A stretch of 64,000 nucleotides of DNA from Octopus vulgaris (GCA_951406725.2 OX597834.1:15624001-15688000); one strand, 5' to 3'; positions 13,739 to 27,918 are shown, counted from the stretch's first letter. Numbers and translations: made by a program. Notes: generated by a model from the letters alone, not told the origin.

Positions 13739-14310
13739 ATGGCTAGGACACTAAAGAAAGCTGACCAGAAGAGAATTAATGCATTCGAGCTTTGGTGTTG
13801 GAGAAGACTTTTACAGATTCCATGGACAGCAAGGCTCACCATTGGAGAAGTTCTTAACCAGATCAAGCCGAAACTGTCGCTGGAAGCTAGGATCACCAAG
13901 CATAGATTGGCATATTTTGGTCATATTATGCGGAGAAAATCCCTGGAGAAGGACATCATGCTTGGAATGGTCAGTAGCAAGAGAGAGACAGTGAGGCTCA
14001 CCAATGGAGAAGTTCTTAGGCAGATCAAGCCGAAACTGTCGATGGAAGCTAGGATCACCAAGCATAGATTGGCATATTTTGGTCATATTATGCGGAGAAA
14101 ATCCCTGGAGAAAGACATCATGCTCGGAATGGTCAGTGGCAAGAGAGGAAGAGGCCGACCAAGAACCCGCTGGCTTGACACCATCAAGAGTGATACCGGA
14201 ATGGACATAGCCAGTCTGAAAGAAGCGGCCCAGGATAGAACTGACTGGAGGACACTGATCCAACGAGTAACCGAGAGACGACTTCGACTGAGCGGATAGA
14301 TTGATAGGTG
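13739..14310 (+). mobile_element. 5'-truncated RTE-clade LINE, ORF 3' end
   Basis: AFELWCWRRLLQIPWTAR, RLAYFGHIMRR, GKRGRGRPRTRWLD are RTE/BovB-like C-terminal motifs; stop at 14299 then short gatag repeat tail. Confidence 0.9.
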
Positions 14311-14384
14311 CAACAACTCAGGATCAGAGTAGACCAAGGAACATTAGTGGCTAAGAGGGGCTCTCACATTCCACAGAAACCTTT

Positions 14385-14925
14385 ATCTCACTCTGTCTCT
14401 CTCTTTTCTAGTTTCATCTCTACTTGAACCCTTCTCTCTCTTCCACTCTCTCTATCTCTCTTTCACGCTCACTCTCTCTCATTGTCTTTCTCTATTCCCA
14501 CTATCTCTCTCTTTCTTTCTCTTTCTCTCTCGCCATCTATTTATCTTTCCTTTCTCTCTCTCTCTCTCTCTCATTGTCTTTCCATCTTTCCCACTCTCTC
14601 CTTTCTCTCTATCTTTCATTCTCTCTCTCTCATTGTCTTTCTATCTTTCCCACTAGCTCTCTCTTCCTCTCTTTCTCTCAGTCTCTCTTTTACTCTCTCT
14701 CTCTTTCTCTCATTACCTTTCTGTCATTCCCACTCTCTCCCTCTCTTCTCTTCTTCTCTCCCTCTCTTCTTCTCTCATTCTCTTCTCTCTCTCTTTCTTT
14801 CTCTATCTTTCTGTCTGTCTCCCTCTCTTTTTCTGTCTCCCTCTCTCTCTCTTTCTCTCTCTCTTTCTCTTTCTCTCTCCCCGTCTTTCTCTCTCTCTCT
14901 ACTCTCCCTATTCCTCTTTTCCTCT
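14385..14925. repeat. CT-rich polypyrimidine tract
   Basis: Seen directly. Confidence 0.95.
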
Positions 14926-15439
14926 CTGAAAACTATTCATCGTGCTACTACAATCAATGAACTTGTAAGTGTCTTCCAATCAAGTAACATTAACAACAGC
15001 AGCAACAACAACAACAACCATCTCAGCAACAACAACAGCAATAACAGCATCAACACCATTACCACTACCAAAAACAACAACACCAATAACAATAATAATA
15101 ATAATAATAATAATAATAACCATTACCACTAACAGCAACAACAACAACAACAACAACACGGGCAGCAGAAAGAGACAACACATAATCAAATGAGGCTAAT
15201 TATGACTACCTGTGTCGGTACAATTAGTAATAAGAATTTTAGCTTAAAGACAATGGAAAACAATTACGTCGATGTCAAAAGCCGACCCATATCCTATTTA
15301 GCTGTCAAGACGCTGGCTAATATTAAAAGCCGCTCAATTTATGAACTCAAGTAAAACTAAGAGGTTGACTTTTAAACTCCTTACCACCACCCACTCCACG
15401 CATCCTCCTCTTTCTCTTTCCCTCTCTCTCTCGAAAAAC

Positions 15440-15446
15440 AATAATA

Positions 15447-15478
<32 letters not shown>

Positions 15479-15561
15479 TAATAGCAATGATAATAATGAA
15501 AATGATAATAGTAATGATAATAATAATAATAATGATAATAATAATAATAATAATAATAATG

Positions 15562-15592
<31 letters not shown>

Positions 15593-15690
15593 TAATAATA
15601 ATGATAGTTATGATAGTAATGATAATAGTAATAATAATAGTAATGATAATAATAATAATAATAATAATGATAGTTATGATAGTAATGATA

Positions 15691-15726
<36 letters not shown>

Positions 15727-15968
15727 GTAATGATAATAGTAATAATAATAATAGTAATAATAATAATAGTAATAATAATAATATTAATAATAATAATAGT
15801 AATAATAATAATAGTAATAATAATAATAGTAATAATAATAATATTAATAATAATAATAATATTCATAGTAATAATAATAATAATAGTAATAATAATGATA
15901 AACATAATAATAATAATAATAATAACAATAATAATAATAATAACAATAATAATAATAATAATGATAAA

Positions 15969-16009
<41 letters not shown>

Positions 16010-16141
16010 ATAATAATAATAATAGTAATAATAATAATAATCAATTCTTTTTTATTGGCCACAAATAATAATAATAATAATGTTAATAGTAATAATAATA
16101 ATAGTAATAATAATAATAATAATAGTAATAATAATGATAAA

Positions 16142-16191
<50 letters not shown>

Positions 16192-16195
16192 TAAA

Positions 16196-16245
<50 letters not shown>
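15440..16245. repeat. (ATA)n microsatellite with GTA/ATG variants
   Basis: Seen directly. Confidence 0.97.
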
Positions 16246-16911
16246 GGATGATGATAGGCTGTTTTGGTTCTGGTTTTGCTTTCGTCTAGTATTTGAGATT
16301 AAAACGATGGACAAAACATGATCTTATTTATGGCGCTTAAACGTACCGCTTAATCACTTGGTTGTAAATAATTTTAGACCAATAAACTAAACATTTCGTT
16401 GAAAAGTTCCCCCTCTCTCTCATTCTCTCTCTTTCATTCTCTCTCTCGATCTCATTCTCTCTTTGTCTCTCTATCGCTTTCTTTCTCTCTTACTCGCCCT
16501 CTCATTTTCTGTCTACCTATATATCTCTTTCTCTCATTTGATCTCTCTCTTTCGGTCTCATTCTTTCTCTGTGTATCTATCTCTTTCTCTCTCTCTCTGT
16601 CCCTCTTTACCTATCTTTCTCTCTCGGCCTTTCTTTCTCTCTTTTTTTCTGCTTCGTCGTGTAAACAGAAGTTACGTATGCATATATGTACGTGCGGCTG
16701 AATGTAATGTAGTGCTTGCATCTATGTATGTATGCATGTACGCATGTATATGTGTGTGTGCGTGTGTGTATATGTAATATAGTTATGCAATGCAGCTACA
16801 TATGTATGTCGATAGATATACAGACAGAGAGAGAGAGAAAGAGAGAGAGAGTTACATACATTGAGAGAGAGAGAGAGATTGACTGATTGATAAGAGGGTA
16901 GATAGACAGAT

Positions 16912-16914
<3 letters not shown>

Positions 16915-17003
<89 letters not shown>
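16915..17003. repeat. (GATA)n microsatellite
   Basis: Seen directly. Confidence 0.97.
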
Positions 17004-17004
<1 letters not shown>

Positions 17005-17106
17005 GTGTATGTGTGTGGTTCAAATGTGCAGAAAATAAAAGACATAGACAGATGACGGAACAACAAGCTGGTTTATTAGGTTGACACTCAAGAAGAATAC
17101 AAAAGT

Positions 17107-17142
17107 CTTTGACGTTTCGGATCGACGCTCTCTGACAGAAAG
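17107..17142 (-). ncRNA. Degenerate minimal hammerhead-like motif (27786 family)
   Basis: Minus strand: cttt ctgtcaga gagcgtcgatcc GAAA cg TC aaag. Confidence 0.35.
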
Positions 17143-17198
17143 AAATGTTGTCCAACATTGACCCATTAGCCTTATGAAGATAAGATAACCTTGTTAGT

Positions 17199-17479
17199 TT
17201 GTTCCTTCTCGAGCTATGCCTGGCTCATAAGGGCCGGTTTCCCGGTTTCCTTGGACGGGGTGCCGGTCCATCGCAGGTGAGCTGCAAGATGCAGGAGGAA
17301 AGAGTGGGAGAAAGCTGTGGCGAAAGAATCAGCAGAAGTTAGCGATTGCCTTCTGCCGGAGCCGCGTGTAGCTTAGGTGTTTTCGCTCATAAACACACAC
17401 ATTGCCCGGTCTGAGATTCGAACCCGCAGCCCTTCCACCGCGAGTCCGCTGCTCTAACCACTAGGCCAAGTGCCTCCAC
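17199..17479 (-). mobile_element. SINE head C + tail Z, 12-bp TSD (11/12 match)
   Basis: aaccttgttagt 17187-17198 / aaccctgttagt 17480-17491. Confidence 0.85.
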
Positions 17480-17514
17480 AACCCTGTTAGTAGCTGTGCT
17501 AAGAAGTTTGGTTC

Positions 17515-17755
17515 TTAATCCGTTTGTCTGTCCTTGTTTGTCCTCTCTGTGTTTAGCCCCTTGTGGGTAGCAAAGAAATAGGTATTTCGTCTGGCTTTAG
17601 GTTCTGAGTTGACTTTGCCTTTCATCCTTTCGGGGTCGATAAATTAAGTACCAATAGGCGCAGGAGCGTCTGTTTGGTAAGTAGCTTGCTTACCAGCCAC
17701 ATAGGTCCGAGTTCAGTCCCACTACGCTGCACCTTGAGCAAGTATCTTCTACTAT
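17515..17755 (+). mobile_element. Permuted family B SINE (tail before body) followed by a family A head
   Basis: gtttagccccttgtggg tail precedes tcctttcggggtcgataaa body; ggcgcaggag... head at ~17657. Confidence 0.75.
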
Positions 17756-18223
17756 TTAAAGGTCATTTGAATCATTGAGGGCACACAACAGCGACCCTCC
17801 TTCGTTGTTTCCATTTATGGGATTCAGGTATATGTTACTAACGATGTGGAAATTTCTCATGTTGGTCAGCAGTTTTCAGGTTTTAACAACAACAAACCGG
17901 ATCTAATCTAGCGTTAAATACAGTAAACCTAATACGTATTGAAACCGTAATCTATTTTAAGGCCATCACACGACAACTTAAGTGACCTCTAGCGGAATTG
18001 ACTCTGAAGTCCCATAATATATAGGATCATGGCCGCCACTTTTCTCTCCCGAAATAAACGGTAAAAGCAAATAGGATTTTAGTTCTTACAACATAATTAA
18101 ATATAAATTTCTCTTTCCTTGAATTAACAGCACGTTATAATAATTCAGACGTAATAGTAATTTAAATTAAATATTATAAAATTCATAATTAGGAGGATTA
18201 CAAATATGTATTAAAGACGCTAA

Positions 18224-19221
<998 letters not shown>

Positions 19222-19817
19222 GTAGATATGTGTGCATGTATGCATGTGTCTGTGTAATGTTGCATTCTGAATGGAAGATAATGCAATGCCTTACATATTA
19301 CTGTTTGAGAAAGTGTGTGTGTGTGGGTATTGTATAATGTATATTGCATGCATATGCTTCGTACAATATGTGTGTGCGCGTGTGTGTGTATAGATACATA
19401 GATAGACAGATACATACATACATACATGTATACATACATAAGTACAAACATGCATATACAATATGCGCACACACACGCAAGTATATATAAATATATAATG
19501 CAATGTATATTATTTATGCATAAGCATTGTGTTTTATATATATATATATATATACACGTGCATGCAGAAATACATACCAACCTGCAAATAAAGCACGCCT
19601 GCAAGCGCATACACACCTGTACGTATAACTATGCAACAGGTAAGATTAAAATTTAAGAACGCCAACATTAACGAATTTCACAGAATTGAGAATTATATCT
19701 ATTAATTCCCAACCATTACTCGAATAGCAACATTATATTCATCTACAAAAGTGTGTGTGTGTGTGTGTGTGTGTTTGTGTGTGTGTTTGTGTGTGTGTTT
19801 GTGTGTGTGTGTGTGTA

Positions 19818-20140
19818 GGCGCAGGTGTGGCTGTGTGGTAAGAAGCTTGCTTCCTAACCACATGGTTCCGCGTTCAGTCCCATTGCGTCACAACTTCTGC
19901 TATAGCCTCGGAAACGACGAACGCCTTGTGAGTGGATTGGGTATACGGAAACCGAAAGAATCCCGTTGTGTGTGTGTATGTGTGCATTTCTGTGTACTTA
20001 GCAGTTCGGCAAAAGACAACGATACAATAAATACTAGACTTTAAAGACGAAATCCAGGAGTCGATTTGTTTGACTAAAGACCCTTAAAAGCGATACTCCA
20101 GCATGGCCGCAGTCAAATGACTTAAATAACGAAGAGAAGG
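19818..20140 (+). mobile_element. SINE family A (diverged)
   Basis: ggcgcaggtgtggctgtgtggtaag head; ccagcatggccgcagtcaaatgac end. Confidence 0.85.
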
Positions 20141-20216
<76 letters not shown>

Positions 20217-20246
20217 TGTATGTATTGATGTATGTATGCATATATT

Positions 20247-20303
<57 letters not shown>

Positions 20304-20328
20304 TTATGTATGCATGTATGTATATATT

Positions 20329-20379
<51 letters not shown>

Positions 20380-20408
20380 GTATTTATGTATGCATGTATG
20401 TATATATT

Positions 20409-20468
<60 letters not shown>

Positions 20469-20487
20469 AGAGAGATGAAATATACGC

Positions 20488-20817
20488 TTGGGCAAGTGTC
20501 TTCTACTATAGTTTCGGGCCGACCAAAGCCTTGTGAGTGGATTTGGTAGACGGAAACTGAAAGAAGCCCGTCGTATATATGTATATATATATATATGTGT
20601 GTGTGTTTGTGTGTCTGTGTTTGTTCCCCCAACATCGCTTGACAACCGATGGCGGTGTGTTTACGTCACCGTCACTTAGCGATTCGGCAAAAGAGACCGA
20701 TGGAATAAGTACTAGGCTTACAAAAAATAAGTCCTGGGGTCGATTTGCTCGACTAAAGGCGGTGCTCCAGCATGGCCGGGGTCAAAATGACTGAAACAAG
20801 TAGAAGAATATAAGAAT
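20488..20817 (+). mobile_element. SINE family A, 5'-truncated
   Basis: High similarity to 6267 copy from cttgggcaagtgtc onward. Confidence 0.88.
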
Positions 20818-20928
20818 ATTTATACGAATACACATATCCGTATGAATGTTTTCTATGTTTATACAGGTGTATGTGTGTGTAATATTTACGTATGCATGTA
20901 TATATATATGTATATTAAATAAATAAAT

Positions 20929-21173
20929 TCGCCCTTTTAAAGCCTAGCCAGGCTCATGGGCCCGGTTTCCCGGTTTCAATAGCGTATGCGTTCCCCAGCC
21001 GGACGGGACGCCAGTCCATCGCAGCGTTACTCATTTTTACCAGCTGAGTGGACTGGAGCAACGTGAAATGAAGTGTTTTGCTCAAGAACACAACGCATCG
21101 CCCGGTCCAGGAATCAAAACCACAATCTTACGATCATGATGCTGACACCCTAACCACTAAGCCATGCACCTCC
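20929..21173 (-). mobile_element. SINE head D + tail Z
   Basis: Reverse complement of 35598-35843. Confidence 0.9.
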
Positions 21174-21974
21174 GCATATATGTATATTGTAATGATGTAA
21201 ATACATACACATATGCCTGCTGGTTGGTAAGTTTCCAGACAAGTTACGAACGTAAGACCTTTTATTTAACAACTGAGAAAGCCTACATACTCTCATCACA
21301 CACACATATACTACGACTCATACACATGCACAAACGCACAGGAACACACACACACACAAACACACACCCAGACACAAACACACACCCAGACACAGACACA
21401 CACACACCTACACACGTATACATACACAAACACATTCACACGCAGAGCGTCGATTGGCTAAACTGCATTAACCGGAAGTGATCAATCTGCACTTTACAGA
21501 TCACATGACAGGCTGGAAGCTTTAAATATTGATTATTTTTGTTGTTTAATTTTCAAATGAAAACAAATTTCGGAAGGAAATCCTTAAGCTGACATTGAGT
21601 TCACAGTGTCGGGCTGAGGGCTAAGTGTATCGATCACACTTAATATTACGAAAGCGAATCAAACGCTAGTTCTTGAAATGAGAGGAAATTGCAATCGATT
21701 TCTTCCCACTTTTGCACCAGGTCGAAAAATTTATAATACGCGGTCTGTATTTCCGTACTCGATTTAATTCGAGTTCCTTCAGTCGTTTCTTGTTGGTGAT
21801 TGGTTCTTGTACTTATACGAACGTTTGGGGGAGGTTTTGGTAGGTTGGTGGACTTACTAAAAATACTAGTTGAAAACTCCCTCGAACTACGACTGACTGA
21901 CAGGGGAAAAATTTTTTAAATAGACATCTTGTATAATGGAATTTTGTTTACGGCAATATGGCTGCATAAAAGAA

Positions 21975-22170
21975 GGGCATCTAACTAGCAGAATTGTTAG
22001 CTTTGCAGTATTTCTTCCGTCTTTATGTTCTGGGTTCAATTTCCGCTGACGTCTACTTTGATTTTTCATCCTTTCGGGGTCGTTATAAGTACCAATTGAA
22101 TACTGGAATCGATATAGTCGACCTTGCACCCTGACTCAAAATTACTGGTCTGGTGCCAAATTTTGAGACA
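21975..22170 (+). mobile_element. Degenerate SINE family B
   Basis: ttttcatcctttcggggtcg body. Confidence 0.65.
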
Positions 22171-22453
22171 AATATGACTGTTTAAAAGACATCAGCTCTC
22201 TTTATTCTCTTTCCTCTCTTTTTCACTTTAAGTCACTCTCTCTATCTCTCCTTTCTCTTTCTACCCCGACTCTCTCTCTCTCCATTTCTCTCTCACTCTC
22301 TGCATTTCTCTCCTCTTTCACAATCAGGAAAGACAAATTTTAGAGATTGTTTTAATACTTATATGAAAGGAGCTAATCTGAAATTCTCCTACGTTCCCCG
22401 CTATCAATGAAAGCAGTATGATATCAGTTAAAAGGTTTCATATATATACATAT

Positions 22454-22551
<98 letters not shown>

Positions 22552-22834
22552 GAAGAACAATTAATACTCATGAGAGATAACGAATGTTAGTGGCCGCAAG
22601 CTAAAACCGTATAAGCAAAATTAACAGGTATATATAAAAGAATTATATATAACAAGAGCGATGTTTTTAAAAAGACACGGGCTTTGCTAAAAATAGGAGT
22701 CAAAACGCTCCGAAGCTACAAAATTTAACACTATATCTTCCTAGACATGGTTGGAAAAAAATTGAGTGAAATAAGGATTGCATCTTACTTCTGTAAAATT
22801 GTAAGAAGGAATGATGACATTCCTATACATAAAG

Positions 22835-22864
<30 letters not shown>

Positions 22865-22865
<1 letters not shown>

Positions 22866-23025
22866 TCAAAATAAGCAAGAAAGATATCCAGACGTAATGT
22901 AGTACGATCGTTTCATGCGACTCCATTTAATTGAACAATGCAATCATTTAATTGAACAATTAAATGGAGTCGCATGAAACGATCGTACTACATTACCTCT
23001 GGATATCCTTGTTGCTTATTTTGAT
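22865..23025. repeat. Inverted repeat (~69-bp arms) next to (TA)n, carrying the 3' half of a hammerhead motif
   Basis: 22865-22933 vs 22957-23025, few mismatches; contains GAAA cgatcg TA. Confidence 0.85.
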
Positions 23026-23130
23026 TTTAGTCACCTTATTTTGAAATTGTATGGATTATACCGAACTAAATTCTGGTGCCTGGACTTAAGTACCATATTC
23101 ACCTGAATCTAGATTTTACACATACACACG

Positions 23131-23191
<61 letters not shown>

Positions 23192-23288
23192 TATTGGTAC
23201 AACAAGGCACCAGTATATATATATATATATATATATGTATACTTCTGTGGATGTGTGTATATATATATATATATTTGTATACTTGTGC

Positions 23289-23327
<39 letters not shown>

Positions 23328-23372
23328 TGTATGTATATATTCATACATACATGTGTGTATATGTATGTATTA

Positions 23373-23550
23373 TCTTTTACTTGTTTCAATGATTGGACTG
23401 CGGCCATTCCGTGCCACTGCCTTGAAGCGTTTAGTCGAACAAGTCGACCTCGGTACTTATGTTTTCTTAATTCGGATAAACAGTCTATCGAACGCTTTTG
23501 TCGAACCGCTAACGTTAAAGGCTTTAACAAACCAACACTGGTTGTCAGGC
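23373..23550 (-). mobile_element. SINE family A 3' part (head at ~24110-24236)
   Basis: tcttttacttgtttca...gactgcggccat. Confidence 0.7.
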
Positions 23551-23608
23551 GCTTCTGGAAGGTGGAGGGTACAATCAGAATCACATACATACATGTATAC
23601 ATGCATAC

Positions 23609-24106
<498 letters not shown>

Positions 24107-24635
24107 TACCCTCACGAGGCACTGGTCAGTCCAAGGCTATCGTAGAATGTACTTGACAAGATGACAAGAAGTAGGATTGAACACGGGACGACTTGGTTGC
24201 AAAACAAGCTTCTAAACCACACAAGCACGCCTGCGCAAAATATTTTTTAATTTCTTCAATTCTGTTTCCTACTTTGGATATATACACACGACCATACATA
24301 TGCTAACAGCATACATACGCATAAATATATACATACATACATACATACATACATACATACATACTTAAATACATTCATGTATATATGAGTGTGTGTCTAT
24401 ATGTGTGTGTGTACCAAAACTAATTAAATATTAGCTATTAATTATGAAGTATAAATGGTAAATAATTTCGAAGTCATCATAATAACGTTGATTAAATTCA
24501 TGGGATTCCATGTATAAATGATTTGTACATGGAGTTTCATGCATTAAATTATTATATTTGATAATAAACTGGATATGATTTATTATTTAATTCCAATAAC
24601 TAATGTTATATATAAATAACTAATAACTATATAAA

Positions 24636-24830
24636 GCGGCGGGATGGTAGAATCGTTACTGCGCCAGGAAAAATGTTTGGCGGAATTTCGTCCGTCATTA
24701 CGTTCTGAGATCAAATCCGACTGTCATTCTTTCACTTTTTCGGGGTCGATAAAATAAATACCAGTTGAGTACTGGCGTAGATGTAACTGACTTCCCCCAA
24801 AATTGTTGGCATTTTACAAAAATGTACCAA
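24636..24830 (+). mobile_element. Degenerate SINE family B
   Basis: gcggcgggatggtagaatcgtta head; cggggtcgataaaataa body. Confidence 0.7.
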
Positions 24831-24850
24831 AATTTATAATCAATAATTAA

Positions 24851-25148
24851 TGCGTGGATTAGTGGTTAGGGGCATTCGGCTCATGATCGTAAGTTTGTGA
24901 GTTCGATGCTTGGCGGCGCGTTGTGTCCTTGAGCAAGACACTTTATTTCACGTTGCTCCAGTCCATTCAGCTGTATTTCAAAGGGCCAGCGTTGTCACAC
25001 TCTGTACATGCTGAGTCTCTCCGAGAACTACGTTAAGGGTACACGTGTCTGCGTAGTGCTCAGCCACATGAACGTTAATTTCACGAACAAGCTGTTCCGT
25101 TGATCGTATCAGCTGGGACCCTCGTCGTCGCAACCGACGGAGTGCTCC
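24851..25148 (+). mobile_element. SINE head D + tail X
   Basis: ttgtgtccttgagcaagacactttatttcacgttgctccagtcc core then gtatttcaaagggcc...gacggagtgc. Confidence 0.88.
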
Positions 25149-25445
25149 TATATATATAGGGAGAGGCAGACAGGCAGACAGAGGGGCAAGCATGGCTGTG
25201 TGGTAACGACGTTTGAAGCATGTTTGGTAACCACGTGGTTTCCAACTCAGTTCCACTCCGCGGTATCTTCACAAATGTCTTTCACCACAGCTCCAGACTG
25301 ACCACTTCCTTGTGTCTGAATTTGGTAGACAAAAAATATGTAGAAACCTTTATGTGTCTGTGTCGCCATGTTGGACCGTTGAAGTCTGCACATTTTTCTC
25401 TCTCCGTCTTTTTTTTTTCATACACTATTTCTTTCCTCTTAAATC

Positions 25446-25481
25446 CTGTCTGTCGATGAGCGTAGGCTTGAAACGTAAAAG
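25446..25481 (+). ncRNA. Minimal hammerhead-like motif (27786 family)
   Basis: ctgt CTGTCGA t gagc gtag gctt GAAA cg TA aaag. Confidence 0.4.
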
Positions 25482-25512
25482 ACTTTTCCATTCTTCCCGA
25501 GCGTTAAACTAA

Positions 25513-26194
25513 CACGTAGTCTAATCAATAAGTATCCGGACTGTTGTCATTGTAACGAAGCTAAAGCACGCAAAGTGAAGTTCCTTGGTAGATATTGACC
25601 TTGAACTCTGTAGTGCATACACACGAAGTTTTAATGTTCTGCTGCAACTGTTTTTATTCGTAATTCTTCACTCAAAATTCGTTGACAGGAGCTCCAGGAC
25701 ACACCAGTCATATCAACAAGTTCGTCAATTGTTAGGTGAAGGTTCACCAAGATCAATTCATGAATTTCCATAATGTTTTCATTCGTTCGTGAGGTCGACG
25801 GTCACCCCGAACGAGATTGGTCTTCCAGCGACAAGTGACCAATCTATAAAGCGTGCAAACCACTCGTAAACTTGTGTTTTGCTCACGGCGGCTTCCTAAT
25901 AAGCTATTTCAAGCATGACGACTATTTCGGCCGCCATTTTCCCTAACAGAAAACAGAATTTCCCGGAAGCACACTACTTCTTCGTTTCAGCCATCGCGAA
26001 AATGGACGAAAAAGGCGGGAATAAGCACTACAAAACAAAGACGCACCACGTGACAGTATGACGCCACTAGACAACGCTGGTCAGTAGACTGATGCCTGAG
26101 GGTCGCATCAAGTGGCTTCTAGCGGCGGAAGCTTGAACTACGATGAGCTTTCCCACAGAGACTGTTTCCGGTTACTTTTGGGTAACCCTCCGTA
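25513..26194 (-). mobile_element. Decayed mariner element with imperfect ends
   Basis: Contains transposase N-terminus; both ends share aagta.ccgga; same family as 53019. Confidence 0.75.
25659..25994 (-). pseudogene. Mariner transposase N-terminal (HTH) pseudogene fragment
   Basis: Manual translation with stops: KFCFLLGKMAAEIVVML...SKTQVYEWFARF...LEDQSRSG*PSTS...TIDELVDMTGVSWSSCQRILSE. Confidence 0.85.
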
Positions 26195-26339
26195 TTTGTG
26201 ATTGCGTATATATGTAAATATATATTTTTGTATGTATCGATATATGTATGTGTTTGTAAGTGTTTATGTATGTATATGTGTATGTATGTATGTATGTATG
26301 TATGTATGTATGTATGTATTATGTATGTATGTATGTGTT

Positions 26340-26530
26340 TGCGTTTGTTCACTGCCGCCGCTTCACAATATGGTTTGTTTCCGTGTCTGATTAAGCGGTT
26401 CGGCAAAAGAGTAACGATAGAATAAGTACCAGACTGAATAACAATAAGTACTGGGGTCGATTTATTCGACTAAACTCTTCAAGTAATGCTCCAGAATGGC
26501 CACAGTACATTGACGGATATAAATAAAAGA
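26340..26530 (+). mobile_element. SINE family A 3' part
   Basis: agcggttcggcaaaagag..cgatagaataagtac. Confidence 0.75.
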
Positions 26531-26625
26531 TTAAAAAGAAGCAACAGATACCAAACTAAATATTGGTCCCACGCGATTATATAGTCTTCTTGATGTTTAA
26601 TACAGTCATCCTGTTTGGTTGCAAA

Positions 26626-27016
26626 TCTTTATATATAAAACTGTAGTTGTGTGAGTGTCTGTCCCCTTCGATTTAGATTCCTAACTACTCCCACATTTTG
26701 CGGTGCAGTTTAACCAAAACCGGGTATCTTATAGTCGTGATTCATATCGAGCCCTTCTATCGAGCGCGCGTCTACGATGAGTCTACGATTTTAAAAATAA
26801 TTTACCATCATTTTTTTCCATTTTCATGCATATTTTTTTAAAGGGAAGTACCTCTCTAAAAATGTCTACGATGAGTCAACGATTTTTAAAAAAAATTACC
26901 ATCATATTTTTTCCATTTTTAATGCATTATTTTGCTTTTCTTTGGCTATAACTCTCTAAAAATGCTGTATAGTTATTTCCCTTATAAACCCGAGCAACGC
27001 CGGGCGATACTGCTAG
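26626..27016 (+). mobile_element. Non-autonomous Helitron
   Basis: 5' a|TC, 3' hairpin cccgagcaacgccggg (26989-27004) then CTAG|t; inserted between A and T without TSD; internal ~95-bp tandem duplication. Confidence 0.85.
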
Positions 27017-27063
27017 TATCTTATAATAATGATTGAACTATTCTAGAAATTTATTCTAAAACT

Positions 27064-27291
27064 ATTGCAGCGTGGAAGGTGCTTGTAAGCCATTTAAGAA
27101 ACACACAAAAGCCGTTCGATTCACTTCAACATTTATGTTTAATTCGTCGAAATATTTTCATCGCTATAAGACCGCGACCTGTTCACAGCTTTTGTGTGTT
27201 TCTTAAATGGCTTACCTTCACGCTGCAATTGTTTTCGTTTCAGCACACGATCTCAGATCAAATGACTTGCTATGCAAGTACATCTCCGTAA
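27064..27291. mobile_element. Fold-back insert with 12-bp TSD and a G3:C8 hammerhead-like core
   Basis: tattctaaaact at 27052-27063 and 27292-27303; inverted arms 27064-27112 / 27188-27229. Confidence 0.75.
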
Positions 27292-27667
27292 TATTCTAAA
27301 ACTGGTGTTCGTTTGTGTTGTGTTGCTTTGTCAATAATTGCATTAGTCTAATTTAAATCTTTCATATTTAAGCTAACATCATTTAAATGACGAAAGAACA
27401 TTCTCTTTATATTTGTATAGAGCTTGAATCTTCAGTAATTAAAGAAATGAAAATAATTAGGATTTAATCATCTGTATGGTCTGTTTTTAAACTAAGGTCA
27501 CTTAAAGCAGCTGGAGGTTGTGGAGGATGAGAACTAGGATCGAGTTTGAGAGGCGGTAGCAGATCTTTTGGATAAACCATGCATACATATTATATTATAG
27601 ATAAATTCCTCTATTTACATAATATCGAGGGCTCAATCAGTCTTTTGTTGTCATACTATTACTATTA

Positions 27668-27714
<47 letters not shown>

Positions 27715-27715
27715 G

Positions 27716-27918
27716 ATGATAGATCGTTAGCTCCTACACGCATTTTTTTGTCTCCTTGTTTCTCTCTTTGTTTTTTTCTGTGTATCTTTCTGTCGAAGAG
27801 CGTAGGCTCGAAACGTAAAGACTTGTTCTATTTCTATTCCTGAGCGCCATACTAATACATTTGTTTGTTTGTACTCCACCTGCCTTCGTCTTTTGTTTAT
27901 TTTCGTAAACCTTCCCGT
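27716..27918 (+). mobile_element. (TA)n-embedded repeat with a minimal hammerhead-like motif at 27786-27821
   Basis: TA tracts on both sides; related copies near 17070-17150 and 25390-25512. Confidence 0.65.
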
